The notes under the pieces were generated by a model that was given only the letters and a program-made list of their open reading frames with translations, was not told the DNA's origin and did no database searches. 64,000 nt of DNA, taken from NCBI GenBank assembly GCA_963762605.1, contig CAVXLJ010000025.1, forward strand, positions 7,187-71,186. The letters are read 5' to 3'. A program made the position numbers and the translations under genes. This document shows positions 33,317 to 42,062 of this stretch, one piece after another. Numbering within the stretch: position 1 is the first letter of the stretch; each line of letters opens with the position of its first letter. The DNA is from an uncultured Alphaproteobacteria bacterium. Lineage in GTDB: Bacteria > Pseudomonadota > Alphaproteobacteria > Rhizobiales > Kaistiaceae.

Positions 33317-34453
33317 TCAGCGCGGTGTCGCGTCCGGCAGCCCGCCGTCCACCGGAATCGTCGCCCCCGTCGTCGGGGTCTGTCGCGTCACCAGGAAGTT
33401 GACCGCGTTGGCCACGTGCCGCGCCGTAACCCGCGCCTTCAGCAGGTTGCGGTTGCGATAATACTCCTCCAGTTGGGAGGCGCTGAGCCCGCGCGCTTTC
33501 ATCCGGTCCGGGCCGACCTCTGCCCACAATCCGGAATGCACGCCGCCCTCGCTGAACACCGCGTCGGGCGCCACCATGTTCACGCGGATGTCGTGCGGCG
33601 CCAGTTCAAGACTCGCGATTCGCGCCAGCTGGTGGGCCGCCGCCTTCGTCGCGCTGTAGGCTCCGAACCGCGCCCCCGGCGAGAACACGTTCTTGGTCGA
33701 GATCAGCACCATGTCGCCGCCGGTGCCTTGCCGCACCAGCCAGCGCGACGATTCCGAAAGCACCAGCAGCGTGCCTTCGATGTTCACCCGCGCCAGCCGC
33801 TGAAAGTCCTCCAGCTTCAGCTCGTCGAGCCCGGCCACATGCGCCAGCCCCGCGTTTGCGATCACGATGTCGATGCCGCCCCACGTCAGCGTCACCGCCG
33901 CCAGCGCGTCGGTGACCGATTCCGGCTTCGTCACGTCTAGCGCCACCGCCGTGATCGCCGCACCATATTCGCTCTCGAACTCACTGAATGTCTGGTCCAG
34001 GTTGGCGCCGGCCAGGTCGGTCGCCGCCACGCACGCACCCGCATCCAGCAGGCCCCGGCAGATCCCGCGCCCGATCGCCCCGGCCGCGCCGGTCACCACC
34101 GCCACGCGCCCGGCCAGCGGTCGCCACCGATCGACGTGCGGATAATCGACCTTCAGTGCCGCCGCGTTGCCCAGCCACACGGCCTTCGGGGCCCCGTGCT
34201 TGCGGGTGTGGCCGTCGATCGCCGCCCGGATCGCCGCCCGCGCGTCCTCGTCGCTCGAGCCCGTCAACGAATCCTCGAAAATGAGTGGCGTGGTGCCCGC
34301 CGGCGCTTCCCCGGCCGGCTGTACGATCTGCATCAACGGCGGCTGCAACGGGCGATCCTCGTTCTCCTTTCGCCGCGCCAACGCTCCACGAAACAACAGC
34401 GCCATCCGCGCAAGCTCGCTGGTCGCCCCGCCCGTCGCCATCGAAGCATTCAT
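33317..34453 (-). CDS. SDR oxidoreductase resembling the dehydrogenase half of bifunctional aldolase/SDR (YuxG/RhaD type)
   Basis: 378 aa. An N-terminal extension of about 130 aa precedes LAGRVAVVTGAAGAIG. It also carries ISTKNVF...YSATKAAAHQLAR, IRVNMVAPDAVF and a TTGATIPVDGG tail. Confidence 0.8.
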   Translation of the reverse strand: MNASMATGGATSELARMALLFRGALARRKENEDRPLQPPLMQIVQPAGEAPAGTTPLIFEDSLTGSSDEDARAAIRAAIDGHTRKHGAPKAVWLGNAAALKVDYPHVDRWRPLAGRVAVVTGAAGAIGRGICRGLLDAGACVAATDLAGANLDQTFSEFESEYGAAITAVALDVTKPESVTDALAAVTLTWGGIDIVIANAGLAHVAGLDELKLEDFQRLARVNIEGTLLVLSESSRWLVRQGTGGDMVLISTKNVFSPGARFGAYSATKAAAHQLARIASLELAPHDIRVNMVAPDAVFSEGGVHSGLWAEVGPDRMKARGLSASQLEEYYRNRNLLKARVTARHVANAVNFLVTRQTPTTGATIPVDGGLPDATPR

Positions 34454-34737
34454 TGCGGAAAGACCTTCTTCACCGGATGCACCTCAACCGAAGCGTACAC
34501 GCCCCCGGCCACGTAAGGGTCGCCATCGACCCACTGCCGCGCGCCGGCCAGGTCCGCCGCCTGGAAAATGATCACCACCCCGATTGACGTCCCCGCCTCG
34601 TTCTTCAGCGGTCCCGAAAACACGATTCTCCCGTCTTCATTGGCCGACCCGACATACGCCACGTGCGCGTCGCGATTCTCGTCGCGGCGCCGGGCCCCGT
34701 CGGCCCCGTCCTTGGTGTACTCGACAAACAGCGGCAT
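34450..34737 (-). CDS. YciI family protein
   Basis: This is the MPLFVEYTKDG... part of ORF 34450..34854 (95 aa). DPYVAGGVYASVEVHP is typical of the YciI-like fold. Its stop overlaps the SDR start (ATGA). Confidence 0.7.
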   Translation of the reverse strand: MPLFVEYTKDGADGARRRDENRDAHVAYVGSANEDGRIVFSGPLKNEAGTSIGVVIIFQAADLAGARQWVDGDPYVAGGVYASVEVHPVKKVFPQ

Positions 34738-35156
34738 GATGCGCTCCCTCTTCGTTCTTCTGGGTTCTCGCCGGCCTCGCCGACGTCCACTGCTGTGCGC
34801 TTCGCGGATTCGAGAGCGCGGCCGCGGAACGGGATGCGGCGGCCCTCGCGACATCCTCCACCGGAATCCTGACCATTACCCGCCGGCCGGCTCGGATGAA
34901 CTTGCCCGGCCGGCGGCGAAGTCAGCGCGGGAGGCGCCGGCCTGTTCAGGCCGTTACCGAATTCCTGCTGCCGTCTGACGAACGGACGATGCGCGACATC
35001 CGGTGCTTCATCCCCTAGTCTAGGTGCCGGGCCCCCTTGACCCCTCGCTCTTCTGCGGGGCGTCCGTGTGGAAGTTCTTGCCCCGTTTGGCATCGGCTTC
35101 AGGCATGTTCACAAACCTTCTGTTCCAGAGCGTCGGAAGCCGTCGTGCGTCGGTCG

Positions 35157-35876
35157 TCACGCGCCTCGGTCTGCCGACTTGTTGTAGACCTCCACCAGGT
35201 CCTCAGCTTTGCCGTAGCTCGTCAGATAGCGGTGCCGCTCTGCGCGCCACTTTTCCTCGGGGATCGGCGTGATGCCTCCCAGCGCCTGCGCGTGGGCATA
35301 GATCGTCGCCGCCTTCTCAACGAACTGGCAGCATACGGTCGCCTCAGCCAGGTCGCGTCCGCCGCAGATCACTCCGTGGTTCGCGATCATCACCGCCATC
35401 GCGTCCGGCCCGATCGCGCTGCGCACCGCCGCCGCCAGTTCCGGATGCCGTCCGGCCTGAACATACTCGGAGCAATTGACCTGGCCGCCTACGACCTCGG
35501 CCATATCGTCGGTGATCACCGGAATCGGCCGCCGCAGGCAGGCGAACAAAGTCGCGTAGGTCTGGTGTGTGTGGATCAGCGCTCCGATATCCGGCCGCTC
35601 GAGCATCAGCTGCCGGTGCATCTCCAGTTCCGAGGTTGGCACGCGCGCGCCCCGGACCTTGTTGCCGTCCCAGTCGACCACGACCAGGTCGTCCGGACCC
35701 ATCTCGTCCAGCTCCACGCGCGTCGGCGTCAGCAAGAGCCCGTCGGCCACCCGCACCGACACGTTACCCCATGTGCTCACGAACCACCCCAGCCGGTCGC
35801 GCATGGTGAAACACGTGTCGATCAGCTGCTGCCGCAGCTCGGGCGTGTCGGCAAATGGAGTGACGGGTTCGGACAT
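35157..35876 (-). CDS. Class II aldolase/adducin-fold protein
   Basis: STWGNVSVR, the metal-ligand region ALIHTHQTYATLFA, and IANHGVICGG. Start is ATG 35876 (MSEPV) or GTG 35891. Confidence 0.82.
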   Translation of the reverse strand: MSEPVTPFADTPELRQQLIDTCFTMRDRLGWFVSTWGNVSVRVADGLLLTPTRVELDEMGPDDLVVVDWDGNKVRGARVPTSELEMHRQLMLERPDIGALIHTHQTYATLFACLRRPIPVITDDMAEVVGGQVNCSEYVQAGRHPELAAAVRSAIGPDAMAVMIANHGVICGGRDLAEATVCCQFVEKAATIYAHAQALGGITPIPEEKWRAERHRYLTSYGKAEDLVEVYNKSADRGA

Positions 35877-35894
35877 GCGTTGAGGTTTCACATA

Positions 35895-35914
35895 TTGATT
35901 GTCTATGATTGCAT
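35895..35914 (-). promoter_or_regulatory. Leader box TTGATTGTCTATGATTGCAT, copy A (5' leader of the aldolase operon)
   Basis: An identical 20-mer occurs at 40890..40909 in the leader of the dctP operon. It contains the direct repeat TGATTG-N4-TGATTG. Confidence 0.6.
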
Positions 35915-35954
35915 TGACGTGACCGCTCGTCCATCAGCCGCCCGCGACAGCGTG

Positions 35955-36006
35955 ATTCTACGGTAGCATCGTGTTGGGTCAAACCAAATTGTCTGATGGT
36001 TTTTGA
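35955..36006 (-). promoter_or_regulatory. Putative sigma70-type promoter plus upstream inverted repeat, copy A
   Basis: On the minus strand: TTGACC (35982..35977), a 16-nt spacer, then TAGAAT (35960..35955). Upstream lies AAACCA-N10-TGGTTT. A 40-nt block (35967..36006) matches 40961..41000 at 38 of 40 positions by eye. Confidence 0.55.
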
Positions 36007-36081
36007 GTGTCCCGCCTAGAGGGTCGCCAACCCATGCCGACACCGCGTGTGCACGGCATCGGCGACACCCCGGCGCGCCGT

Positions 36082-37383
36082 TCACCCGACGACGTCAGGC
36101 CGCCGGGCCGAAAGGCGAGCGAGATCATCGAACAGGTTCGGGCCGCCCATCTGGCCGCCCTTCAGCGCTATCGGCAGGCCATCGAAACGATTCCCCCCGC
36201 GGAGCTCCACCAGCGGTACGCCCCGGTCGATATCGCCGACGAACGACATGCTCTCGATTCCCAGCGCCGAGATGATGGCGCTCGATGTGTCGCCGCCGGC
36301 GATGAGGACGCACCCCGGACGGACCCGCGCCAGGACGTCGGCGGAAAGCCGGGCCAGCGCTGCGGCAAGCTCGCGGCCACGCAGCGGAGAGGGCGCCGCG
36401 GAGACGGCGAGGAGGAGGTTGCGGCCCTCGGAAAGGACGGTCGCGGCTCGGCCGGCCATGGCGTCGATCGCCTCCTGGCTGCCGGCCAGGTCCGCCGGGT
36501 CGACGGTGACGACATCGTATTGCTGTGCGTGACCGATCTGATCGGCCGTCACCGGCGAGCGGCTGCCGACCAGGACGAAGGCAGGACCCTCAAAGGCGAG
36601 AGGCTTGGCCGACCGGGCAGCCGGCATCGGCTGCGCCTGCGACGTGAGCGCTTCGGCAACGCTGCTGGCGCCAACGCACAGAATCCTCTTCTGGCGGGCG
36701 ACGATATCGAGCGCGGAGCCGATAACCGCGACATCCGCCTGCGACGACACGTCGAACAGAGTGCGTGCCTCGCCCCGCGCAATTCGCTCGAGGATCTGAT
36801 TGGCGAGCATCTCCGCGCCCTGGCTATAGGTGCGGAAATCGATCAGGCCGATGCCGTTCCATCCCTGCTTGCCAAGGTGGAGCCTGAGGTCTGCCTCCCC
36901 CATCGGAGTGATGGGATGGGCCTTCATGACCGGATGGCGGTCGATGCGGTGCACCGAGCCATCGGCGGCCGCGGCATAGAGGGTTCCGAACAGGCAATAG
37001 CGACCGAGCGAGGGCTGCCCGCCGAGGATGGCGATCCATTCAGTCTTGCGGGCGCCGGCGAGGACGTCGACGGCCGCGCAGATGTTCCCGGTATCGGGGG
37101 CACTGTCGAAAGTCGAGCAGACCTTGAAATGGATGAAGTCGGCCTCGATCGTGGCAAGCTGCGCGGCGATGTCCTCCATGGTGGCGCGCCCCGCCTCTGG
37201 GCCAAGGCCGCGCAATCCGGTCGCAATGCCGACGGCGTCGAGCGCCGCCACGTCGGTGTCATTGACGACCTCCGCAACCCGCGGATAGAGGAGCGTCTTG
37301 AGCCCGGCGCGCGACAGCGTTGCCAGCGTGTCGCTCGCCCCGGTGAAATCGTCGCCGACGAAGAGGATCTTCACCGGTTTCAT
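36082..37383 (-). CDS. Four-carbon acid-sugar kinase family protein (DUF1537)
   Basis: This is the MKPVKILFVGDDFTGASDTLATL... part of ORF 36082..37452. It has the family-typical N-terminal DDFTGA motif and a two-domain length of 433 aa. Confidence 0.85.
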   Translation of the reverse strand: MKPVKILFVGDDFTGASDTLATLSRAGLKTLLYPRVAEVVNDTDVAALDAVGIATGLRGLGPEAGRATMEDIAAQLATIEADFIHFKVCSTFDSAPDTGNICAAVDVLAGARKTEWIAILGGQPSLGRYCLFGTLYAAAADGSVHRIDRHPVMKAHPITPMGEADLRLHLGKQGWNGIGLIDFRTYSQGAEMLANQILERIARGEARTLFDVSSQADVAVIGSALDIVARQKRILCVGASSVAEALTSQAQPMPAARSAKPLAFEGPAFVLVGSRSPVTADQIGHAQQYDVVTVDPADLAGSQEAIDAMAGRAATVLSEGRNLLLAVSAAPSPLRGRELAAALARLSADVLARVRPGCVLIAGGDTSSAIISALGIESMSFVGDIDRGVPLVELRGGNRFDGLPIALKGGQMGGPNLFDDLARLSARRPDVVG

Positions 37384-37491
37384 CGCCACCCCGGACCAGT
37401 CAGCGCTGCGTCCGCCTCCGGCCGCCCTTTGCCACGGCAGCCCGGGGCGCACGCGGTTTCGACAAAGTGCGCGGCGGCGATCATGGCGGCC

Positions 37492-38031
37492 TCACGTGGC
37501 GGAGAGCGACGGGAACGGACGGACGGGATCGCTGCCATCCCAGGCCTTGGAGGCTTCGCGGATCGTGTCGAACATGCGCCCCTTGGGGCCGACAACCTCG
37601 GAAAGCTCGATGACGGTGCCGGGATGCATCTCCTTGTCGAAATAGACGAAGCGGCCGTTCGCCCCGACCTCGCCGCTCATCTTCACGCGAAAGCTGCGCC
37701 CTTCCATGACGGCGAGGTCGGCATCGAAATCCTCCGTCCAGTAGGCGACATGCTGGAGCCCGGTGTGGCCGGCCTGCAGGAAATCTCGATACATCGACGG
37801 CGTGTCGCTGCGCGTCTGGATCAGTTCGACCTGGATGAAGCCGGAGTTGGCCAGTGCCACGGAGTTGTGGACCTCATAGGTCCTGCCCTCGTAGCGGTAG
37901 TCCTCGATCGGTACACGCGGATTGTAGAACCACGGGCCCACGCCCATCGTGCCGGCCCAATAGGCCATGGCCTTCTCGATGTCCGTGACCACATAACCCA
38001 GTTGGCGGATTTCGCCGAGCAATCTGCTCAT
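37492..38031 (-). CDS. VOC (glyoxalase/dioxygenase fold) family protein
   Basis: 179 aa. LGYVVTDIEKAMAYW...GLQHVAYWTEDFD shows the paired beta-alpha-beta-beta-beta module pattern. Confidence 0.7.
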   Translation of the reverse strand: MSRLLGEIRQLGYVVTDIEKAMAYWAGTMGVGPWFYNPRVPIEDYRYEGRTYEVHNSVALANSGFIQVELIQTRSDTPSMYRDFLQAGHTGLQHVAYWTEDFDADLAVMEGRSFRVKMSGEVGANGRFVYFDKEMHPGTVIELSEVVGPKGRMFDTIREASKAWDGSDPVRPFPSLSAT

Positions 38032-38037
38032 TTTACC

Positions 38038-39315
38038 TCACTTGAACAGGACACCGGGGAGCCAAGTTGAAATCTGCGGAAAAATGGTGACGGCGAGCAG
38101 CGACAGCAGAAGCGGCAGCAGGAAGGGAAGGACGCCGCGAATGACCGTTTGCAGCGGCATCTTCGCGATGATGCTCACCATGTAGAGGCTCATGCCGATG
38201 GGCGGCGTAAGCAGCCCGATCATCAGGTTGAGCACGAAGACGATGCCGAGCTGGAGCGGATCGACGCCCGCCGCGGTCAACGCCGGCGCAACCAGCGGCG
38301 CGATGATCAGGATTGCCGCAATCGACTCCAGAAACATGCCGACGACGAGAAGAAGCACGTTCAGGCAGAAGAGAAGCACGAGCGGGTTCGACGACAGGCC
38401 GGAGAGCACCGTGCTCGCCATTGCCGGCACCCGGTCGACGGTCAACACCCAGGCGAAAAGCGCGGCCGCCGAGACGATGAAGAGGACGCTTGCCGTCGCC
38501 TCGACCGTATCGAGCCCGGCACGGAGGAATTTGGCCCAGTCGAGCTCGCGATAGACGAAGATGCCGATCAGGATCGCGTAGATGACCGTCACGCCGGCGA
38601 CTTCGGTCGGTCCGAAATAGCCGCTTACCAGCCCGCCGATCAGGAGGACGGGCGCCATGATCGCCGGCAGCGATATGACGAACTTGGTAGCGATCGCGGA
38701 GAGACGCGGCGACACGGTATCGCGCGGCAGCGCGTAGATCCGCGCCGTGACGACGATGTGCAGCATCAGCAGGATGACGATCAGGATGGCCGGAAGCATG
38801 CCTGCGATCAGCAGCTTCACCGCCGACACGTTGGCCGTCGTGGCGTAGATGATGATGGGGATGCTCGGCGGAAAGATGGGGCCGACGGTCGCCGCCGCTA
38901 TGGTAATTCCGGCTGCGTATCCGTCCTTGTAGCCCTGCTCGCGCATCATGCGGATCTGGATGCTGCCGAGCGCGCCGATATCGGCAAGCGCCGCTCCGGA
39001 GATCCCCGAAAAGATCAGGCTGACCAGCACGCTGACCTGTGCCACCCCGCCGCGAACCCTGCCGACGACCAGCCGGACGAGGTCGAAGAGATGACGGGTC
39101 ACGCCGGTCACGCCGAGGAGATTGGCGGCGAAGATGAACAGCGGGACGGCGAGCAGCGGCGAGGAGTCGAGGGAGTTGACCATGCGCTGCGCGAGAACCG
39201 CGACCGGCAGGTGATAGGCGAGAATGACAAGCGCAGAAGAAAGCCCGAGACCGACCGCGATCGGCAGACCCGCAAGCAGAAAGACGCCAAACAACACAAT
39301 CAGTGTCAGGGTCAC
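38038..39315 (-). CDS. TRAP transporter large permease (DctM family)
   Basis: 425 aa polytopic protein, DctM-like. Confidence 0.9.
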   Translation of the reverse strand: MTLTLIVLFGVFLLAGLPIAVGLGLSSALVILAYHLPVAVLAQRMVNSLDSSPLLAVPLFIFAANLLGVTGVTRHLFDLVRLVVGRVRGGVAQVSVLVSLIFSGISGAALADIGALGSIQIRMMREQGYKDGYAAGITIAAATVGPIFPPSIPIIIYATTANVSAVKLLIAGMLPAILIVILLMLHIVVTARIYALPRDTVSPRLSAIATKFVISLPAIMAPVLLIGGLVSGYFGPTEVAGVTVIYAILIGIFVYRELDWAKFLRAGLDTVEATASVLFIVSAAALFAWVLTVDRVPAMASTVLSGLSSNPLVLLFCLNVLLLVVGMFLESIAAILIIAPLVAPALTAAGVDPLQLGIVFVLNLMIGLLTPPIGMSLYMVSIIAKMPLQTVIRGVLPFLLPLLLSLLAVTIFPQISTWLPGVLFK

Positions 39316-39818
39316 GCGTCGGGCTCCACGGTGTGCTCTTCTTTGTCGCGCGGCACGAACAGCAGGTAGGCCGCCACAGCGGCGAAGAAGACGAAGCCGA
39401 GGATGGCTGGCGTATAGAAGACGAGGTTCGGGATGCCCATGGCAGGCGTCGAGAACTTCGCCGCGCGCAGAAGGAACGCGTAGAGCGCCCAGAGCATGAT
39501 GCCGCAGAAGGCCAGCGACAGGAGTCCGCCGATCACGCGGACTCCCGCCTGGGCTTTGCGCGGCAACATCTTCGGGAACAGGTCCATGGCCACGTGCTTG
39601 TCGTCGAGGAGCAGCCGCGGCATTGCAAGGAACACCAGGGCAAGACCGCAGAAACGGGAAAGCTCGTCGGCCCAGGGCAGGCCAAGATCGAAGACGTTGC
39701 GACAGACGACCTGCAACATCACCAAGCCGGCGAGAAGCAGGAGCAGGGCAAATGCCATGTAGAGCATCGCCGAGGCGATGAACGACAAGACGGCACGAAC
39801 GTGCGAAGTCTTCGGCAT
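39312..39818 (-). CDS. TRAP transporter small permease (DctQ family)
   Basis: 168 aa with four hydrophobic segments. It overlaps the dctM start by 4 nt. Confidence 0.85.
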   Translation of the reverse strand: MPKTSHVRAVLSFIASAMLYMAFALLLLLAGLVMLQVVCRNVFDLGLPWADELSRFCGLALVFLAMPRLLLDDKHVAMDLFPKMLPRKAQAGVRVIGGLLSLAFCGIMLWALYAFLLRAAKFSTPAMGIPNLVFYTPAILGFVFFAAVAAYLLFVPRDKEEHTVEPDA

Positions 39819-39858
39819 GCCTGCTCCTGCCTGTACGGCGCGCCCGCTTTGCGGGCCG

Positions 39859-40878
39859 TTAGGCGACGGCCGCTATCTGCTTGTAGAGATCGCCGTACTT
39901 CTCCCCGAACTTCTTCGCGACGGCCGCGTCGACAGACGCCTTGAAGGCATCGAGCTTGAGGCCGTTGTCCGGGCCGATGACGGTCATGCCATGGTCCTTC
40001 AGCGCCTGCAGGTCGGACGCTTCCTTGTCAAGCACGGCCTTGGTAGCGCGCTGGCGCACCGTGTCGGCCGCATCGAGGAAGGCTTTCTGGATGTCCGGCG
40101 AGAACGACTGCCACTTGTCTTCATTGACCAGGACCAGCTCGGCGGCGCGGATATGGCTCGTCAGCATGAGGTGCGACTGAACGTCGTAGAGCTTGTTGTC
40201 GAGGATGACGCTTACCGGGTTCTCCTGGCCAGCGACGACGCCGGTTGCCAGCGATGTCGGTACTTCCGCCCAGTCGACCGGGACCGGCACGGCGCCGAGG
40301 CCTTCGACGGCCGTGAGATAGATGGGCGACGGTATGGCGCAAATCTTGACGCCGCTGAGGTCGGAAGGCTGATAGACCGCCTTATTGCAGGTCAGTTGGC
40401 GGGCGCCGAAATAGAATGCGTAAAGGACGCGCACGCCGCTGGCCTTGATCAGCCCGTCGTTGAGCGTCTTCATGACCGGCGAATCGGGCGCAACGACCTT
40501 CATGAGATGGTCGACGTCGCGATAGAGATACGGCGTATCGAGCGCGGCGATGGGATCGTAGAGGGTCGAGAGGCCACCTGCTGTGTTGTGCGAAAGCGCG
40601 ATCGTTCCGGTCGATACCCCTTCGGCCAGTTCCTTGATCGAGCCAAGCTGCGACGACGGGAAAACCTGAACCGCAACCTTGCCGCCGGTGTTTTTGGCAA
40701 CCTCGTCGGCGAACCACACCGCCTGCAGACCGTTGACGCTGGTCGGCGTGTTCATGTGTCCGTAGCGCAGCGTGATATCGGCGGCAAAGGCTGACCGCGG
40801 CAGGCCCAGCGTGGCAGCGCCGGCGGCCATGCCGGCGAGCGCGAGCACCTGGCGGCGCGACACGCGTGTTTCAAACAT
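39859..40878 (-). CDS. TRAP transporter substrate-binding protein (DctP family)
   Basis: The ATG at 40878 (MFETRVSRRQVLALAGMAAGAATLGLP, Tat-like signal) follows AGGGAGGA. The body is DctP-like. Confidence 0.88.
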   Translation of the reverse strand: MFETRVSRRQVLALAGMAAGAATLGLPRSAFAADITLRYGHMNTPTSVNGLQAVWFADEVAKNTGGKVAVQVFPSSQLGSIKELAEGVSTGTIALSHNTAGGLSTLYDPIAALDTPYLYRDVDHLMKVVAPDSPVMKTLNDGLIKASGVRVLYAFYFGARQLTCNKAVYQPSDLSGVKICAIPSPIYLTAVEGLGAVPVPVDWAEVPTSLATGVVAGQENPVSVILDNKLYDVQSHLMLTSHIRAAELVLVNEDKWQSFSPDIQKAFLDAADTVRQRATKAVLDKEASDLQALKDHGMTVIGPDNGLKLDAFKASVDAAVAKKFGEKYGDLYKQIAAVA

Positions 40879-40889
40879 GATGTCCTCCC

Positions 40890-40909
40890 TTGATTGTCTA
40901 TGATTGCAT
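40890..40909 (-). promoter_or_regulatory. Leader box TTGATTGTCTATGATTGCAT, copy B
   Basis: Identical to 35895..35914. It ends 11 nt upstream of the dctP ATG. Confidence 0.6.
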
Positions 40910-40948
40910 CGGCGGGACCCGTCCTCCATTCCCACCTGTGACAGTTTG

Positions 40949-41000
40949 AGTTTATGAAGACATCGTGTAGGGTCAAACCGAATTGTCTGATGGTTTTTGA
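40949..41000 (-). promoter_or_regulatory. Putative sigma70-type promoter plus upstream inverted repeat, copy B (shared with the divergent LacI gene)
   Basis: On the minus strand: TTGACC (40976..40971), a 16-nt spacer, then TAAACT (40954..40949). The block 40961..41000 is nearly identical to 35967..36006. Confidence 0.55.
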
Positions 41001-41027
41001 TTGCTTTGCGCAAAGGATCAACACACC

Positions 41028-42062
41028 ATGCCGAAGACGAACGGTCCCGTTCTTGCCGATATCGCCGCGCACGCTCGTGTCTCGCCCGCCACCGTCGACC
41101 GGGTCATCAACCGTCGTCCCGGTGTTCGCGAACTGACCGCCAAGCGGGTTCTGCAGGCCGCCGCGGATCTCGGATACCTGCCCCAGAACGACATCACCAA
41201 GACCTTGCGACCGCGCCTCATGCGCCTTGTCTTCCTGCTGCCGGCAGGCACCAATCCGTACCTCAAGCTCCTGGCCGAGACCGTGAAGCGCTTCGCCGCC
41301 GAGCCCGCCAACGCCAACGCGACGGTCCGCTGTTTCTTCATCGACAGTTTCAACCCCAAGATCCTGACCGACGCGCTCAGGCGCTATGGCGACAAGGTCG
41401 ACGGCGTTGCCTTCATGGCGATCGACCATCCGCTGGTTCGCGAGGCAGTCGCCGGCCTCCGCGCCAAGGGCAAGCATGTCATTACCCTCATCTCGGATGT
41501 GTCGAATTCCGAGCGGACGGCCTATGTCGGGCTCGACAATCGCGCGGTCGGACGCACGGCTGCCTATGTCCTTGGCCGGTTGTCGAAGATTGACCACGGC
41601 AAGGTAGCGCTGATCGCCGCAAGTCGCACCTACCGGGCGCACGAGGAACGCGAGATGGGCTTTCTTGGCCTCATGGAGCAGGCCTTCCCGCGGTTCACCG
41701 TGGTTGGATTGCGCGAAGGTCACGATGACCGCGACGAGAACTATCGCCATGCGCTGACGCTACTCGACGAGTACCCCGATCTCATCGGCATCTACAATGT
41801 CGGAGGCTCGTCGGACGGAATCGCGCGGGCCCTGCGCGAGCGCGGTCGCGAGCACGAAGTGCTCTTCATCGGTCACGGCCTGACACCAGACACGCGCCGT
41901 TATCTCGTGGAGGACATCATGGATGTCGTCATCACCCAGAGTCCCGATGCGATCCTGTGGAATGCCATGCAGATCTTCTCCAATGTCCACGTCAGCCTCG
42001 CCCCTCTCGCCGGCGTTCCGCGCTTGCCAATGGAAGTTGTCTTCAAGGAAAACCTGCCATAG
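41028..42062 (+). CDS. LacI family transcriptional regulator
   Basis: MPKTNGPVLADIAAHARVSPATVDRVINRRPGV gives the HTH, followed by a sugar-binding-like domain. It is divergent from the dctP operon. Confidence 0.85.
   Translation: MPKTNGPVLADIAAHARVSPATVDRVINRRPGVRELTAKRVLQAAADLGYLPQNDITKTLRPRLMRLVFLLPAGTNPYLKLLAETVKRFAAEPANANATVRCFFIDSFNPKILTDALRRYGDKVDGVAFMAIDHPLVREAVAGLRAKGKHVITLISDVSNSERTAYVGLDNRAVGRTAAYVLGRLSKIDHGKVALIAASRTYRAHEEREMGFLGLMEQAFPRFTVVGLREGHDDRDENYRHALTLLDEYPDLIGIYNVGGSSDGIARALRERGREHEVLFIGHGLTPDTRRYLVEDIMDVVITQSPDAILWNAMQIFSNVHVSLAPLAGVPRLPMEVVFKENLP

Noticed and set aside
31888-33402. 504-aa plus-strand ORF
   Set aside because: It is antisense to the RuBisCO-like protein gene and has an Arg/Pro-rich composition.
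36007-38070. 687-aa plus-strand ORF
   Set aside because: It is antisense to the DUF1537 kinase and VOC genes and has no domain signatures.
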